DNA of 64,000 nucleotides, taken from NCBI GenBank assembly GCA_963727485.1, contig CAVSGM010000011.1:800001-864000 (forward strand), given 5' to 3'. A program made the translations under genes and the position numbers. Below the pieces are notes generated by a model, which was not told where the DNA came from, did not search any database, and saw only the letters and a program-made list of their open reading frames with translations. Below, in pieces: positions 53,548 through 62,904 of the stretch (position 1 is its first letter; each line of letters begins with the position of its first letter). This DNA comes from an uncultured delta proteobacterium. GTDB taxonomy: Bacteria > Myxococcota > Myxococcia > SLRQ01.

Positions 53548-54923
53548 ATGGTGTCCGTGACCCTGAGGATGTTGGCGCTCGTGGGGGTCGTCGCGGTGGC
53601 CGCCCCGGCCCTGGCCCAGGCGGCGGCGAAGGTGCCCGACGCGGCGGTGCAGGCGAAGGCCCAGGGCGACCAGTTCGCCCAGGCGGGGAACCTCCAGGCC
53701 GCCAAGGCGGCGTACGAGAAGGCGCTCAAGGCCGACCCCTCCTACGCCCTCGCCCACAACGAGCTGGGGACGACGTTCTTCAAGCTCGGGCGGCCCGCGC
53801 GCGCCATCGAGGAGTTCCAGGCGGCGGTGGGGTCGGACCCGAGCTACGCCACCGCCTGGTTCAACCTCGCCTACGCGGCGCGGAAGGCCAAGCGGTGGCC
53901 GGTGGCCATCGACGCCTACCGCAAGTACACGGCGCTCAAGCCCGACGACGCCGACGCCTGGTACGGCCTCGCCCAGTCCCTCGAGGCCAGCGGCGACAAG
54001 GCCGGCGCCGCCACCGCCTACGACGCCTACGCCGCCCACGAGCACCGCCCGAACCAGCAGCAGTGGGTCGCCAAGGCGAAGCAGAAGGCCCAGGCCCTGC
54101 GCCAGGAGGTCGCCCAGGCGGCGCAGGCGAAGCAGGCCGCCCAGGCGCAGCGGCAGCAGGGCAGGCGCAGCAGCAGCAGGCGGCGCAAGCGAGCCAGCGG
54201 CAGGCCGCCCCGGCGAACCAGCAGGCCCAGGCCGACGTGGCCGAAGGCGATCGGAAGATGAAGGCCAAGGACTACGCCGGCGCCACCGCCGCCTATGAGT
54301 CGGCGGTGCGGCTGGCGCCCAAGGACGTCGAGGCCCACTACAAGCTCGGCTACGCCTACGCCCTCGGCGGTCAGCTGGCCAAGGCGGTCCCCGAGTGGCA
54401 GACGGTGGTGCGCCTCGACCCGAACAACGCCGGGGCCAAGAAGAACATCGCGGTGGCGCAGAAGCGGCTCGACGCCCAGCGGAAGCAGGCGGCCCAGGCC
54501 CAGGCCCGGTCCCAGGCGGGGCAGGGCGGGGGACAGCAGGCCCCGGCCGGGGGCAAGGCCGCGGCGCGGAAGGCCTACGAGGACGGGGTGCGCCTCATCA
54601 ACGCCCGGAAGTACGGCGAGGCGGTCACCGCCCTGAGCCGCGCGATCCAGGACGACCCGACCCTGGCGGTGGCCTGGATCGCCCGGGGCAGCGCCTACGT
54701 GGGCGTGCGCCGGTACCACGAGGCCATCCAGGACTACGAGAAGGGCCACCAGCTCGCCCCGCAGATGGCCTCGCCCCTCTTCGGCCTCGGGGAGGCCCAC
54801 CGGGCCCTCGGCGAGAACGCCGACGCGGCGAAGTACTACGGGCAGTACGCCGAGAGCCACGCCCGGGACGCCGACGCGCACCTCCAGGACCTGGCCCGGC
54901 AGTGGGCCGCCCGGCTGCGCTGA
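53548..54923 (+). CDS. Secreted multi-TPR protein (frameshift near 54160)
   Basis: SD AAGGAG, signal peptide ..PALA, many TPRs, Q/A-rich linker containing the frameshift. Confidence 0.88.
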
Positions 54924-54941
54924 GCCCGGGCCCTGAAACAC

Positions 54942-54974
54942 GAGAGGCCGAGGCGACGCGCGCCTCGGCCTCTC
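54942..54974. terminator. Perfect 14-bp inverted repeat
   Basis: GAGAGGCCGAGGCG-acgcg-CGCCTCGGCCTCTC. Confidence 0.6.
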
Positions 54975-55170
54975 CCCTCTCCCGGCCGCGGGGGTTGCCC
55001 GCGACCTGCGTCCCCCTTTGAGCAAAGGGCGGACCAGACGTCCAGCCCCTTGGAATCATTGGAATGGGCCCGGCTCCGGGCCCGGCACCCGACGCCAAAC
55101 CGCGACATCGGCGTCAGGGTGCGTCGGGACCTGCGCAGCCAGGCGCCGCCGAAGCCCCTCGCCCAGCCGG

Positions 55171-55542
55171 CTACCGCCTGGCGGGCTTCTTGTGGCCCCG
55201 GTGACAGGTCCAGCAGGTCACCTTCTCGGCCTTGGGGAAGTTGAGGAACTGCCCGTTGATGGCGTGGACCATCTTCATCATGTGCCGGGCGGCCATCTTG
55301 GGCTTCTTGGTGTCCGAGTCGAAGTGGTGCTTCACGTGGCAGAACTCGCACTTCACGCCCAGGGACTTGGAGACCCCCTTCATGACCTTCTTGATCTGGT
55401 CCTTGGAGATGTCCTTGGGGAGGATCTTGAGGTTCTTGGCGTGCCAGGCGTCGTCGGCGCGGACCGCCCGGGGGGCGGCGAGCAGCCCGCCGACGCCGAG
55501 GGCTGCGAGGAGCGTGACGAGAGTGAGGTGGGTCTTGAGCAT
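55171..55542 (-). CDS. Periplasmic diheme cytochrome c (CytoC_RC-like family)
   Basis: Signal peptide; KNLKIL..M..SLGVKCEFCH..ARHMMKMV..IN..VTCWTCHRG. Confidence 0.88.
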   Translation of the reverse strand: MLKTHLTLVTLLAALGVGGLLAAPRAVRADDAWHAKNLKILPKDISKDQIKKVMKGVSKSLGVKCEFCHVKHHFDSDTKKPKMAARHMMKMVHAINGQFLNFPKAEKVTCWTCHRGHKKPARR

Positions 55543-55604
55543 GTGAAACTCCTGGGTGAGTGGGTGGAGATCCCATACCACAGGGTCCCGGGGCGGGCGC
55601 GGCG

Positions 55605-55633
55605 TTGCGGCTTGCCGGTGCGGGCGGTAGACC
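55605..55633 (+). promoter_or_regulatory. Putative promoter, leaderless MoxR gene
   Basis: TTGCGG-17nt-TAGACC, 7 nt before ATG 55641. Confidence 0.5.
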
Positions 55634-55640
55634 ATCCCCG

Positions 55641-56567
55641 ATGCCCACCGCCGACTTCGACTCCCCGGACGCCGTCGCCGCCGCCCTCGCCGCCGCCGGC
55701 TACCTCCCCTCCACGGGGATCGCCACCTCGGTCTTCCTCGCCGACCACCTGGAGAAGCCCATCCTCGTCGAGGGCCCGGCCGGGGTGGGGAAGACCGAGC
55801 TCGCCCGGGCGCTCGCCCGGGCCACCGGCCGCGAGCTGGTGAGGCTCCAGTGCTACGAGGGCCTCGACGAGGCCAAGGCCCTCTACGAGTGGGCCTACGG
55901 CAAGCAGCTGCTCTACACCCAGCTCCTCAAGGAGAAGATCGACGAGATCGTCGCCGGGACGCACGGCTTCCAGGAGGCCGTCGACCGGGTGAGCGAGGTG
56001 GAGGAGGTCTTCTTCAGCGAGCGCTTCCTCCTGGCCCGCCCGCTCCTCAAGGCCCTGCGCAGCGAGACCCCGGCGGTGCTCCTGGTGGACGAGGTCGACA
56101 AGTCGGACCCCGAGTTCGAGGCGATGCTCCTCGAGGTGCTCTCCGACTTCGCGGTCACCGTCCCCGAGATCGGCACCATCGTCGCCGCCCATAGGCCCCG
56201 GGTGATCCTGACGTCGAACAACGTCCGGGAGATGAGCGACGCCCTCAAGCGCCGGTGCCTGCACCTGTTCATCGACTACCCCGACCCCGAGCGCGAGCGC
56301 GCGATCCTCCACCAGCACGTGCCGGACCTCGGCGCGCGCCTGGCCCAGGAGATCGTCGAGGTGGTCGACCGGGTGCGGCGCCTCGACCTCAAGAAGGCGC
56401 CCTCGGTGAGCGAGAGCATCGACTGGGCGCGGGCGCTGATGGCGCTGGGCGCCGAGCACCTCGACCCCGAGCTCGTGGACCGGACCCTGGACGTGATCCT
56501 CAAGTACCAGGGCGACCTGGAGCGGGCCCGGGAGGCGCTGGCCGACGCCAAGGGCAGCTACACGTAG
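55641..56567 (+). CDS. MoxR-family AAA+ ATPase (CoxD-like)
   Basis: GPAGVGKT, RLQCYEG, LYEW, DEVDK, DALKRRC, PSVSESIDW. Confidence 0.92.
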   Translation: MPTADFDSPDAVAAALAAAGYLPSTGIATSVFLADHLEKPILVEGPAGVGKTELARALARATGRELVRLQCYEGLDEAKALYEWAYGKQLLYTQLLKEKIDEIVAGTHGFQEAVDRVSEVEEVFFSERFLLARPLLKALRSETPAVLLVDEVDKSDPEFEAMLLEVLSDFAVTVPEIGTIVAAHRPRVILTSNNVREMSDALKRRCLHLFIDYPDPERERAILHQHVPDLGARLAQEIVEVVDRVRRLDLKKAPSVSESIDWARALMALGAEHLDPELVDRTLDVILKYQGDLERAREALADAKGSYT

Positions 56568-57424
56568 AGCAGCACCGCCGAGAGGACCAGCCACGCCGCC
56601 ACCGTGGCGATCATCCCCGGGTCGGTGAGGGCCACGCGGGTCGGGTCCTCGCCGTGGCCCCGGACCTCCACCAGCCACAGGTAGCGCAGGATCCCGTAGA
56701 GGACGACCGGCGCGGTGGTGAGCATCCGCAGGTCGCCGACCCGGGCGACGGTGGCCGGGCTCACGCAGTAGAGGGCGTAGGCGATGGCGGTGGCCGCGGC
56801 GAGCATCACCTGGATCGCCTGGAGGAACGGCACGGTGTAGTGCTCGAGGACCGCCCGGGCCCTCGGCGCGCCCTCGGCGCCGGCGAGCTCCTGGCGCCGC
56901 TTGGCGAAGCCGAGGAAGAGGGCCAGCAGCCCGGTGACCACCAGGATCCACGGCGAGGTCGGCACCCGGATCACCCAGGCCCCGGAGAGGACCCGGAGCA
57001 CGAAGCCCGAGGCGACGACCATCACGTCGAGGATCACCAGGTGCTTCACCCAGAGGCTGTAGAGGGCGTTGAAGGCCACGTAGGCGGCGAGGAGGGCGCC
57101 GACGCCGACGGAGAGGAGGAAGCCACCGACCAGGCCCCCGGTGACCAGGACGAGCGCCGCCACCACCGCGAGCCAGGCGGGGAGGGCGCCCGAGGCCAGC
57201 GGCCGGCCCTGCTTCTCCGGGTGGAGGCGGTCGGCCTCGAGGTCGGCGAGGTCGTTGCCCAGGTACACCGCGCTCGCCACCGCGCACCAGGCGGCGAAGG
57301 CCAGGAGCGCCAGCACCACCGCGTGGCGGTCGTCGAGGCGACGGGCGAAGAGGAGCGGGCCGAGGACGAAGAGGTTCTTGACCCACTGGGCGGGGCGGAT
57401 CGCCCGCAGGAGGCTGCGCAGCAC
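56558..57424 (-). CDS. UbiA-family decaprenyl-phosphate phosphoribosyltransferase-like protein
   Basis: RPAQWVKN, YLGNDLAD..DRLHP.K..RPLASG, KRRQE, GEDP. Confidence 0.9.
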   Translation of the reverse strand: MLRSLLRAIRPAQWVKNLFVLGPLLFARRLDDRHAVVLALLAFAAWCAVASAVYLGNDLADLEADRLHPEKQGRPLASGALPAWLAVVAALVLVTGGLVGGFLLSVGVGALLAAYVAFNALYSLWVKHLVILDVMVVASGFVLRVLSGAWVIRVPTSPWILVVTGLLALFLGFAKRRQELAGAEGAPRARAVLEHYTVPFLQAIQVMLAAATAIAYALYCVSPATVARVGDLRMLTTAPVVLYGILRYLWLVEVRGHGEDPTRVALTDPGMIATVAAWLVLSAVLLYV

Positions 57425-57500
57425 GCCGCCATGGTACCCGATGGCTGCCCTGCCTCAAGAAGTCTGGTAGCCTGCGGTCCGCATGCTGCCGGAGGGATCC

Positions 57501-58643
57501 ATGCGCCGTCGCCTCGCCGTGTTCGCGGTCCTCGCTGCCGCCGCTCTTGGCCCCGGGTCCGCCCGCGCCGACGGGGTCCAGGCGCCCGCGCCCAAGGCCG
57601 CCGCCAAGGCCGCCGACACCCCGCTCCCCTCCATCGCCGTCCTCGACCTCAAGGCCGGCGACGGGGTCTCCAAGGCCCTCATCCACTTCGTCACCGGCGC
57701 CGTGGCCCGGGCCGCCCAGAGCACCGAGGCCTTCCGGGTCATCTCCGCCGACGACATCCGGGCGCTCCTGTCCCTGGAGGCCACCAAGCAGGCCTGCGGC
57801 GCCGGGAGCCCCAGCTGCCTGGCGGAGATCGGCGGGGCGCTCGGGGCCGACTACATGATCAGCGGGAGCCTCGACCAGGTCGGCGACAAGCTGAACCTCT
57901 CGCTCTCGCTCCTCGACGTGAAGCGCGCCGCCAACGTCTCCCGGGCCAGCCGGGCCTTCAAGGCCGGCGACCAGTCGGCCCTCTTCGACATCGTCCCGGC
58001 GGCGACCACCACCCTCCTCGCCAAGGCCATGAAGGGCCGCCAGGGCACCCTGGTCGTCTCGGTGACCGAGGCCGGGGCCTCGGTGAAGCTCGACGGGACC
58101 CTCGTCGGCGTCTCGCCGCTGGCCCCCCGGAAGATCCCCGCCGGCGCCCACCTGGTGGAGGTGGAGAAGACCGGCTTCGTGCGGCAGCAGGCCCAGGTGC
58201 GGGTCCGCGCCGGGCAGACCACCGCCCAGACCGTGGCCATGGTCCCCTCGCCGGACTTCCTCCAGACCTACGAGACCCACGCCCGGCGGATGCGCCTCGG
58301 GGCCTGGATCTCCACGGGGGTCGCCGCCCTGGCCATCGGCACGGCGCTCGTCTTCAACGCCCGCGCCGACGGGGTCTACGGGAGCTTCCGCACCGCCCGC
58401 GACCAGTTCCAGGCCGGCGGGGGCACCGACCCCACCGCCTACGCCAACCTCCAGAGCCTCGCCAGCGAGGGGCAGGGGGACCAGACCGCGTCCTTCGTGG
58501 GCTTCGGGGTCGCCGGGGCCGCCGCCGTGGCCTCGGCCTACTTCTGGATCGCCGGCGACGACCCCGGGCGCTACGCCTCGGTCCGCCTCTCGGCCGCGCC
58601 GACCCCCCACGGGGGCTTCGCCCTCGCCTCGGTGCGCTTCTAG
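57501..58643 (+). CDS. Secreted PEGA-domain protein with TolB-N/CsgG-like N-terminal domain
   Basis: Signal peptide; C..SCLAEIGGALGADY..GS; GASVKLDG..GVSPL..GAHLVEVEKTGF; C-terminal aromatic residue. Confidence 0.8.
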   Translation: MRRRLAVFAVLAAAALGPGSARADGVQAPAPKAAAKAADTPLPSIAVLDLKAGDGVSKALIHFVTGAVARAAQSTEAFRVISADDIRALLSLEATKQACGAGSPSCLAEIGGALGADYMISGSLDQVGDKLNLSLSLLDVKRAANVSRASRAFKAGDQSALFDIVPAATTTLLAKAMKGRQGTLVVSVTEAGASVKLDGTLVGVSPLAPRKIPAGAHLVEVEKTGFVRQQAQVRVRAGQTTAQTVAMVPSPDFLQTYETHARRMRLGAWISTGVAALAIGTALVFNARADGVYGSFRTARDQFQAGGGTDPTAYANLQSLASEGQGDQTASFVGFGVAGAAAVASAYFWIAGDDPGRYASVRLSAAPTPHGGFALASVRF

Positions 58644-58707
58644 GGCCCCGGCCGGGGGGCGTGGTAGGCTCACGGCGGGCATGGTCACGAGGCCGAGAGG
58701 CCGTGAC

Positions 58708-59400
58708 ATGGGATTCGTGCGCCCTGGCGCCCCGGTCGCAGGCCGCGGAGCCCACATGCCTGCCACCGAGCGACCCCGCCGCGTCCTGGAGCACCTCGAG
58801 ACGTCGGTGGCGCCGACCCTCCTGCGGATGCGCGTCTTCGAGCGCACCACGCCGCTGGCGGCCCGGGAGGTCCTGTGGCTGGTGCGCAAGGGCCTGGTCC
58901 GGGCCCAGGCGGTCGGGCGCCGGCCGATGCTGGTGGACGTCTTCGGCCCCGGGAGCCTGGCCTCCCTCGGCGACCGGTCGGGACGGGCCCAGGAGGCCCT
59001 GGTCGCCGACGCTGGCACCGAGGTGGTGGAGATCGGCACCGACGGGCTGGTGGACCTCGGCCGCCGGCACCCGGAGGTGGTCGCCGGCATCGCCCTGGCC
59101 CTCGACCGGCAGCGGGCGGTGCTCCGGGAGCGGGTGGCGGTGCGCCAGCGGGGCCGGGTGGCCGACCAGCTCGCCGCGGGCCTCGACCTCCTCGCCGGAG
59201 AGGTCGGCGTCCCCTGCAGCCGCGGCCTCGGCGATCACGTCGACCTGGTGGGCCTCTCGCACCAGGATCTCGCGGACCTGGTGGGCTCGTCCCGGTCCTA
59301 CGTGAGCACCACCCTGGCCCAGCTCCAGCGCGAGGGCTGGGTGCGCGCCGAGGGCCCGCGCCACCTCTGTCTGGGGCCCGCCCTCCGCCTCCTGCGCTGA
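58708..59400 (+). CDS. Crp/Fnr-family regulator, diverged MrpC-like
   Basis: HTH LSHQDLADLVGSSRSYVST..REG preceded by C..G..DLVG; N-terminus MGFVRP. Confidence 0.8.
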   Translation: MGFVRPGAPVAGRGAHMPATERPRRVLEHLETSVAPTLLRMRVFERTTPLAAREVLWLVRKGLVRAQAVGRRPMLVDVFGPGSLASLGDRSGRAQEALVADAGTEVVEIGTDGLVDLGRRHPEVVAGIALALDRQRAVLRERVAVRQRGRVADQLAAGLDLLAGEVGVPCSRGLGDHVDLVGLSHQDLADLVGSSRSYVSTTLAQLQREGWVRAEGPRHLCLGPALRLLR

Positions 59401-59439
59401 TTCTCGCGGCCGCCGTGGGCCCATGCTAGGTTTCCCGCG

Positions 59440-60588
59440 GTGCGCCGGGTCATCGTAGAGGACGGGATCGTGGTCACCGGGGACGGCCGGGTGATCGACG
59501 GGGGGACGGTGGTCGTCGAGGGGGCCGAGGTGCAGGCGGTCCTCGAGGCGGGCGCCGACCTCGAGCCCCACCCGGGGGACTGGCGGATCCCCGCCGACGG
59601 CCGCCTGGTCACCGCGGGCCTGGTCGACGGCTTCACCGCGCTGCCGGCCCCCGCCGAGCGGGCGGCGTCGCGGCTGGTCGAGGCGGTGGCCGCCGGGGTC
59701 ACCACCGCCTTCGCCACCGCCGCCCCCGGCGACTGCCCCCGCCTCGCCGACTTCGCCCTCCGCCTGGGGGTGCGCCTCTGCCTCGCGCCCTGGTCCGCGT
59801 CCGCGCCCCCGGCGGTGGCGGCGGTGCGCGAGGTGGCCGAGCGGGCGGCCCGGGGCCGCGGCCGCCTCCACCCGGCGGTGGTCGTCCCCGACGGCGCGAC
59901 CGCCGGTCCCGACGTCCTCGACGCGGCCCGCTCACTCGCCCGGGAGCTCGGCGCGCCACTCCTGCTCCCGGTGGCCCGGGACGACGAGGCCCTCTCCCGG
60001 AGCTTCGCCCGCTTCGACGCCCGGCCCGTGGAGCGCCTCGACGCCCTGGGTCTCCTCGAGGCCCGGACGGTCCTGGTCCACGGGAACGTCCTCGACGCCG
60101 GGGAGCTCGACGCGGTGGCCTCGGCGGGGAGCGTGCTCTGCGCGGTCCCCCGGGAGGCGCCCGCCGGCGTCCCCACCGCCCTCTGCGCCCGGGCGTCGGC
60201 CCGGGGCGTGGCCCTGGCGCTGGGCACCGGCGCCACCGGGGGCTCCCCCCTGGCCGAGGTCGCGGTGGGGGCGGTGCGCGGCGACGATCCCGTGGCCCTC
60301 GCCGACGCCCTCGCCGGGGGCGCCCGGCTCCTCACCGCGATCCTGGGCAGCGCCGCCGGGCGCCTGGTCCCCGGGGAGCAGGCCGACGTGGTGGTCCACG
60401 GCTGGCGACCGGATCGGGCCCTCGACCCGGTCGCCTGGACCGCGGCCATCCCCTGGGGGACCCGCGCCGCGTGGTCGATCATCGGCGGCGAGGTGGTCCT
60501 CCGGGAGGGGCGGCTCCTCGGGGTCGACGCCCGGGCCGTGGCCGACGCCGCCCGGCGGGTGCCGGGGCAGCCCCCACTCCCCGAGTGA
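59440..60588 (+). CDS. Amidohydrolase-fold protein with degenerate metal site
   Basis: Typical framework (GLVD, AGVTT, LVHGN, VALALGT, GRLVPGEQADVVV, IIGGEVV) but HxH is replaced by FTA. Confidence 0.75.
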   Translation: MRRVIVEDGIVVTGDGRVIDGGTVVVEGAEVQAVLEAGADLEPHPGDWRIPADGRLVTAGLVDGFTALPAPAERAASRLVEAVAAGVTTAFATAAPGDCPRLADFALRLGVRLCLAPWSASAPPAVAAVREVAERAARGRGRLHPAVVVPDGATAGPDVLDAARSLARELGAPLLLPVARDDEALSRSFARFDARPVERLDALGLLEARTVLVHGNVLDAGELDAVASAGSVLCAVPREAPAGVPTALCARASARGVALALGTGATGGSPLAEVAVGAVRGDDPVALADALAGGARLLTAILGSAAGRLVPGEQADVVVHGWRPDRALDPVAWTAAIPWGTRAAWSIIGGEVVLREGRLLGVDARAVADAARRVPGQPPLPE

Positions 60589-60648
60589 CAGCCCGGCGTG
60601 TTAGGGTGGAACCCGGTGGCAGCCTGACGCCGCCGAAGGGGGGAGCCC

Positions 60649-61047
60649 ATGTCGGGGGACACCACGGCCTCCGTCCTCCTGGTGGAGGACAACCCGGACC
60701 ACGCCTTGCTCACCAAGCTGGCCATCGGCCGCCTCGATGAAGTGCGCGAGGTGCGTGTGGTCGACGACGGCCTCAAGGCCCTCGAGCTCTTGCGCCACGG
60801 GGTCCGCCCGGACCTGATCCTCCTGGATCTGAAGCTCCCGGGCCTCGACGGCTTCGACGTCCTCGAGGCCCTGCGCGCCGACGCCTCGCTCCGGGGCATC
60901 CCGGTGGTCGTCCTCTCCACCTCGAGCGCCGACGGCGACCGCAGCCGGGTCGCGGACCTCGGGGCCGTGGGCTACCTCGACAAGCCCGTGGACGTCGACG
61001 CCCTCCGGCGCCTCCTCGGCGAGGGCGCGCCGCCCGCCTCGCCCTGA
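60649..61047 (+). CDS. Single-domain response regulator
   Basis: LLVEDN, LLDLKLP, VVLSTS, KP. Confidence 0.92.
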   Translation: MSGDTTASVLLVEDNPDHALLTKLAIGRLDEVREVRVVDDGLKALELLRHGVRPDLILLDLKLPGLDGFDVLEALRADASLRGIPVVVLSTSSADGDRSRVADLGAVGYLDKPVDVDALRRLLGEGAPPASP

Positions 61048-61152
61048 CGCGGGGCGGGGGACCTTACCCACGGGCCGTCGTCTTGCGCCGGTTTTCCGCC
61101 GGTTGCTATGCTCGACTCGCCGCATCAGGGGCAGTTGGGAGCGCCTACGACC

Positions 61153-62373
61153 TTGGCACGCACGGGCATCAAGTACGGCAAGTACACCCTCATCGACCGG
61201 ATCGCGGTCGGGGGCATGGCCGAGATCTTCCTCGCCCGGCAGGCCGGCCTCGAGGGCTTCGAGAAGACCATCGTCATCAAGCGGATCCGGCCGCACCTGG
61301 GCAAGCAGCCGAGCTTCGTGAAGATGTTCCTCAACGAGGCGAAGCTCGCCGCCCAGCTCGACCACCCCAACATCGTCCAGATCTACGACCTCGGTAAGAT
61401 CGCCGACACGTACTTCATCGCCATGGAGTACATCTTCGGCCGCGACATGCGCCGGGTGATCCCCAAGGCCGAGTCCATGGGGATCCCCTTCCCCATGGTC
61501 TACGCCCTGAAGATCGTGTCGAGCGTCTGCGAGGGCCTCTACTACGCCCACCAGAAGGGGGACATCTACGGGAACCCCTTGAACATCGTCCACCGCGACG
61601 TCACCCCGGAGAACATCTTCGTCTCCTTCGACGGCACGGTGAAGGTCCTCGACTTCGGCATCGCCAAGGCGGCCAACCAGATCGAGCAGACCCGCGCCGG
61701 GGAGATCAAGGGCAAGCTCTCGTACATGTCGCCGGAGCAGGTGGTGGGCAAGGCCCTCGACGCCCGCTCGGACATCTTCAGCCTCGGCGTGGTCCTCTAC
61801 GAGTGGATCACCGGCTTCAAGCTGTTCACCGGCGAGAACGAGGTCGCCATCCTCAAGTCGATCAGCGAGGGCAAGATCTACGCCCCCAGCTACTTCAAGG
61901 CGGACATCCCCGAGGCGGTCGAGCACATCCTGATGAAGGCGCTCGACAAGGACCGGGAGCAGCGCTACCAGACCGCCTGGGAGATGCAGTACGACATCGA
62001 CCAGTTCTTGAGCGAGTACGAGTTCACCCCCTCGAACATCCACCTCTCCAACTTTCTCAAGCAGCTGTTCAGCGACGAGCTCGAGGAGGAGAAGAAGCGC
62101 CTGCTCTCCGAGGGGGCGCCGCTGCCGGTGGAAGAGGCGGTGGAGGACGACGAGGACGATGGCGTCGAGGTCACCTTCGACAATCGCACGGTGGTTGCCG
62201 ACGGCAACGCCGTGGTCCGCCTCGAGCCCCAGACCCAGGGCGATACCACGGTGGTGCCCATCAAGCTCCCCGCCGGCGAGTTCGCCTACCTCGAGGAGGT
62301 GGCGCGCCGCCATGGGATCACCGTGGCGGCCCTGGTCCACGAGCTCCTCGCCGGCTACCTGCGCTTCCACTAG
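61153..62373 (+). CDS. Cytoplasmic Ser/Thr kinase (Pkn14-like) with C-terminal RHH-like domain
   Basis: [32 protein letters not shown]; no TM; TTG 61153 has SD (ATG 61108 overlaps a -10 box). Confidence 0.9.
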   Translation: MARTGIKYGKYTLIDRIAVGGMAEIFLARQAGLEGFEKTIVIKRIRPHLGKQPSFVKMFLNEAKLAAQLDHPNIVQIYDLGKIADTYFIAMEYIFGRDMRRVIPKAESMGIPFPMVYALKIVSSVCEGLYYAHQKGDIYGNPLNIVHRDVTPENIFVSFDGTVKVLDFGIAKAANQIEQTRAGEIKGKLSYMSPEQVVGKALDARSDIFSLGVVLYEWITGFKLFTGENEVAILKSISEGKIYAPSYFKADIPEAVEHILMKALDKDREQRYQTAWEMQYDIDQFLSEYEFTPSNIHLSNFLKQLFSDELEEEKKRLLSEGAPLPVEEAVEDDEDDGVEVTFDNRTVVADGNAVVRLEPQTQGDTTVVPIKLPAGEFAYLEEVARRHGITVAALVHELLAGYLRFH

Positions 62374-62405
62374 GCGCGGGATCCCAAGAGGTCGTGCGGT
62401 GACCA

Positions 62406-62875
62406 GTGAGTTGTTCAGCCGCAGTGGGCATCCGCGAGCGCACAACCTACGAGTGGCTGCGGCGGTATCGGGAAGAATGCCACTCCGGCCGGCTAGCCCA
62501 GGTCGAGGTGTTCGGGGACGACAAGGATGAGACGACCCACGGCTACCTCCAGCGCGCGGTCGACTGGCGTGAACGCCACGGCATCGACGTCCGGGCCATC
62601 ACGACCGACAACGGCAGCAACTACCGCTCCCGGGACCTCCGTCGCGCCGTGGATGAGCGAGGCCTGCGGCACATCCGCACCAGGCCGTACACGCCCAGGA
62701 CCAACGGGAAGGCCGAGCGCTTCGTCCAGACGTCGCCAGGCGAGTGGGCCTACGCCCGCCTTTACACGAGCTCCGCGGAACGGGCGAGGACCCTCGGCAA
62801 GTGGCTGCGCCACCACAACCTCGACCACCCTCACGGTGGTCTCGCCGACAGGCCACCCATATCCCACAACCAGGC
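62406..62875 (+). mobile_element. IS481-family transposase remnant, internally deleted
   Basis: HTH fragment GIRERTTYEWLRRYREE fused to TDNGSNYRS..HIRTRPYTPRTNGKAERF..EWAY..PHGGL..PP; first catalytic Asp region missing. Confidence 0.85.
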
Positions 62876-62904
62876 CCTGGTGCCCCGGTGGCGCGACGGG
62901 CCCG

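Noticed and set aside
55171..55542. Reaction-centre cytochrome as evidence of photosynthesis
   Set aside because: Only two hemes and no pufLM or bch genes; this family is common in non-phototrophs
55641..56567. AAA ATPase (or the Abi/CPBP gene at 50027-51013) as an anti-phage defence system
   Set aside because: CoxD-like and CAAX-protease motifs; no nuclease or effector partner; housekeeping context
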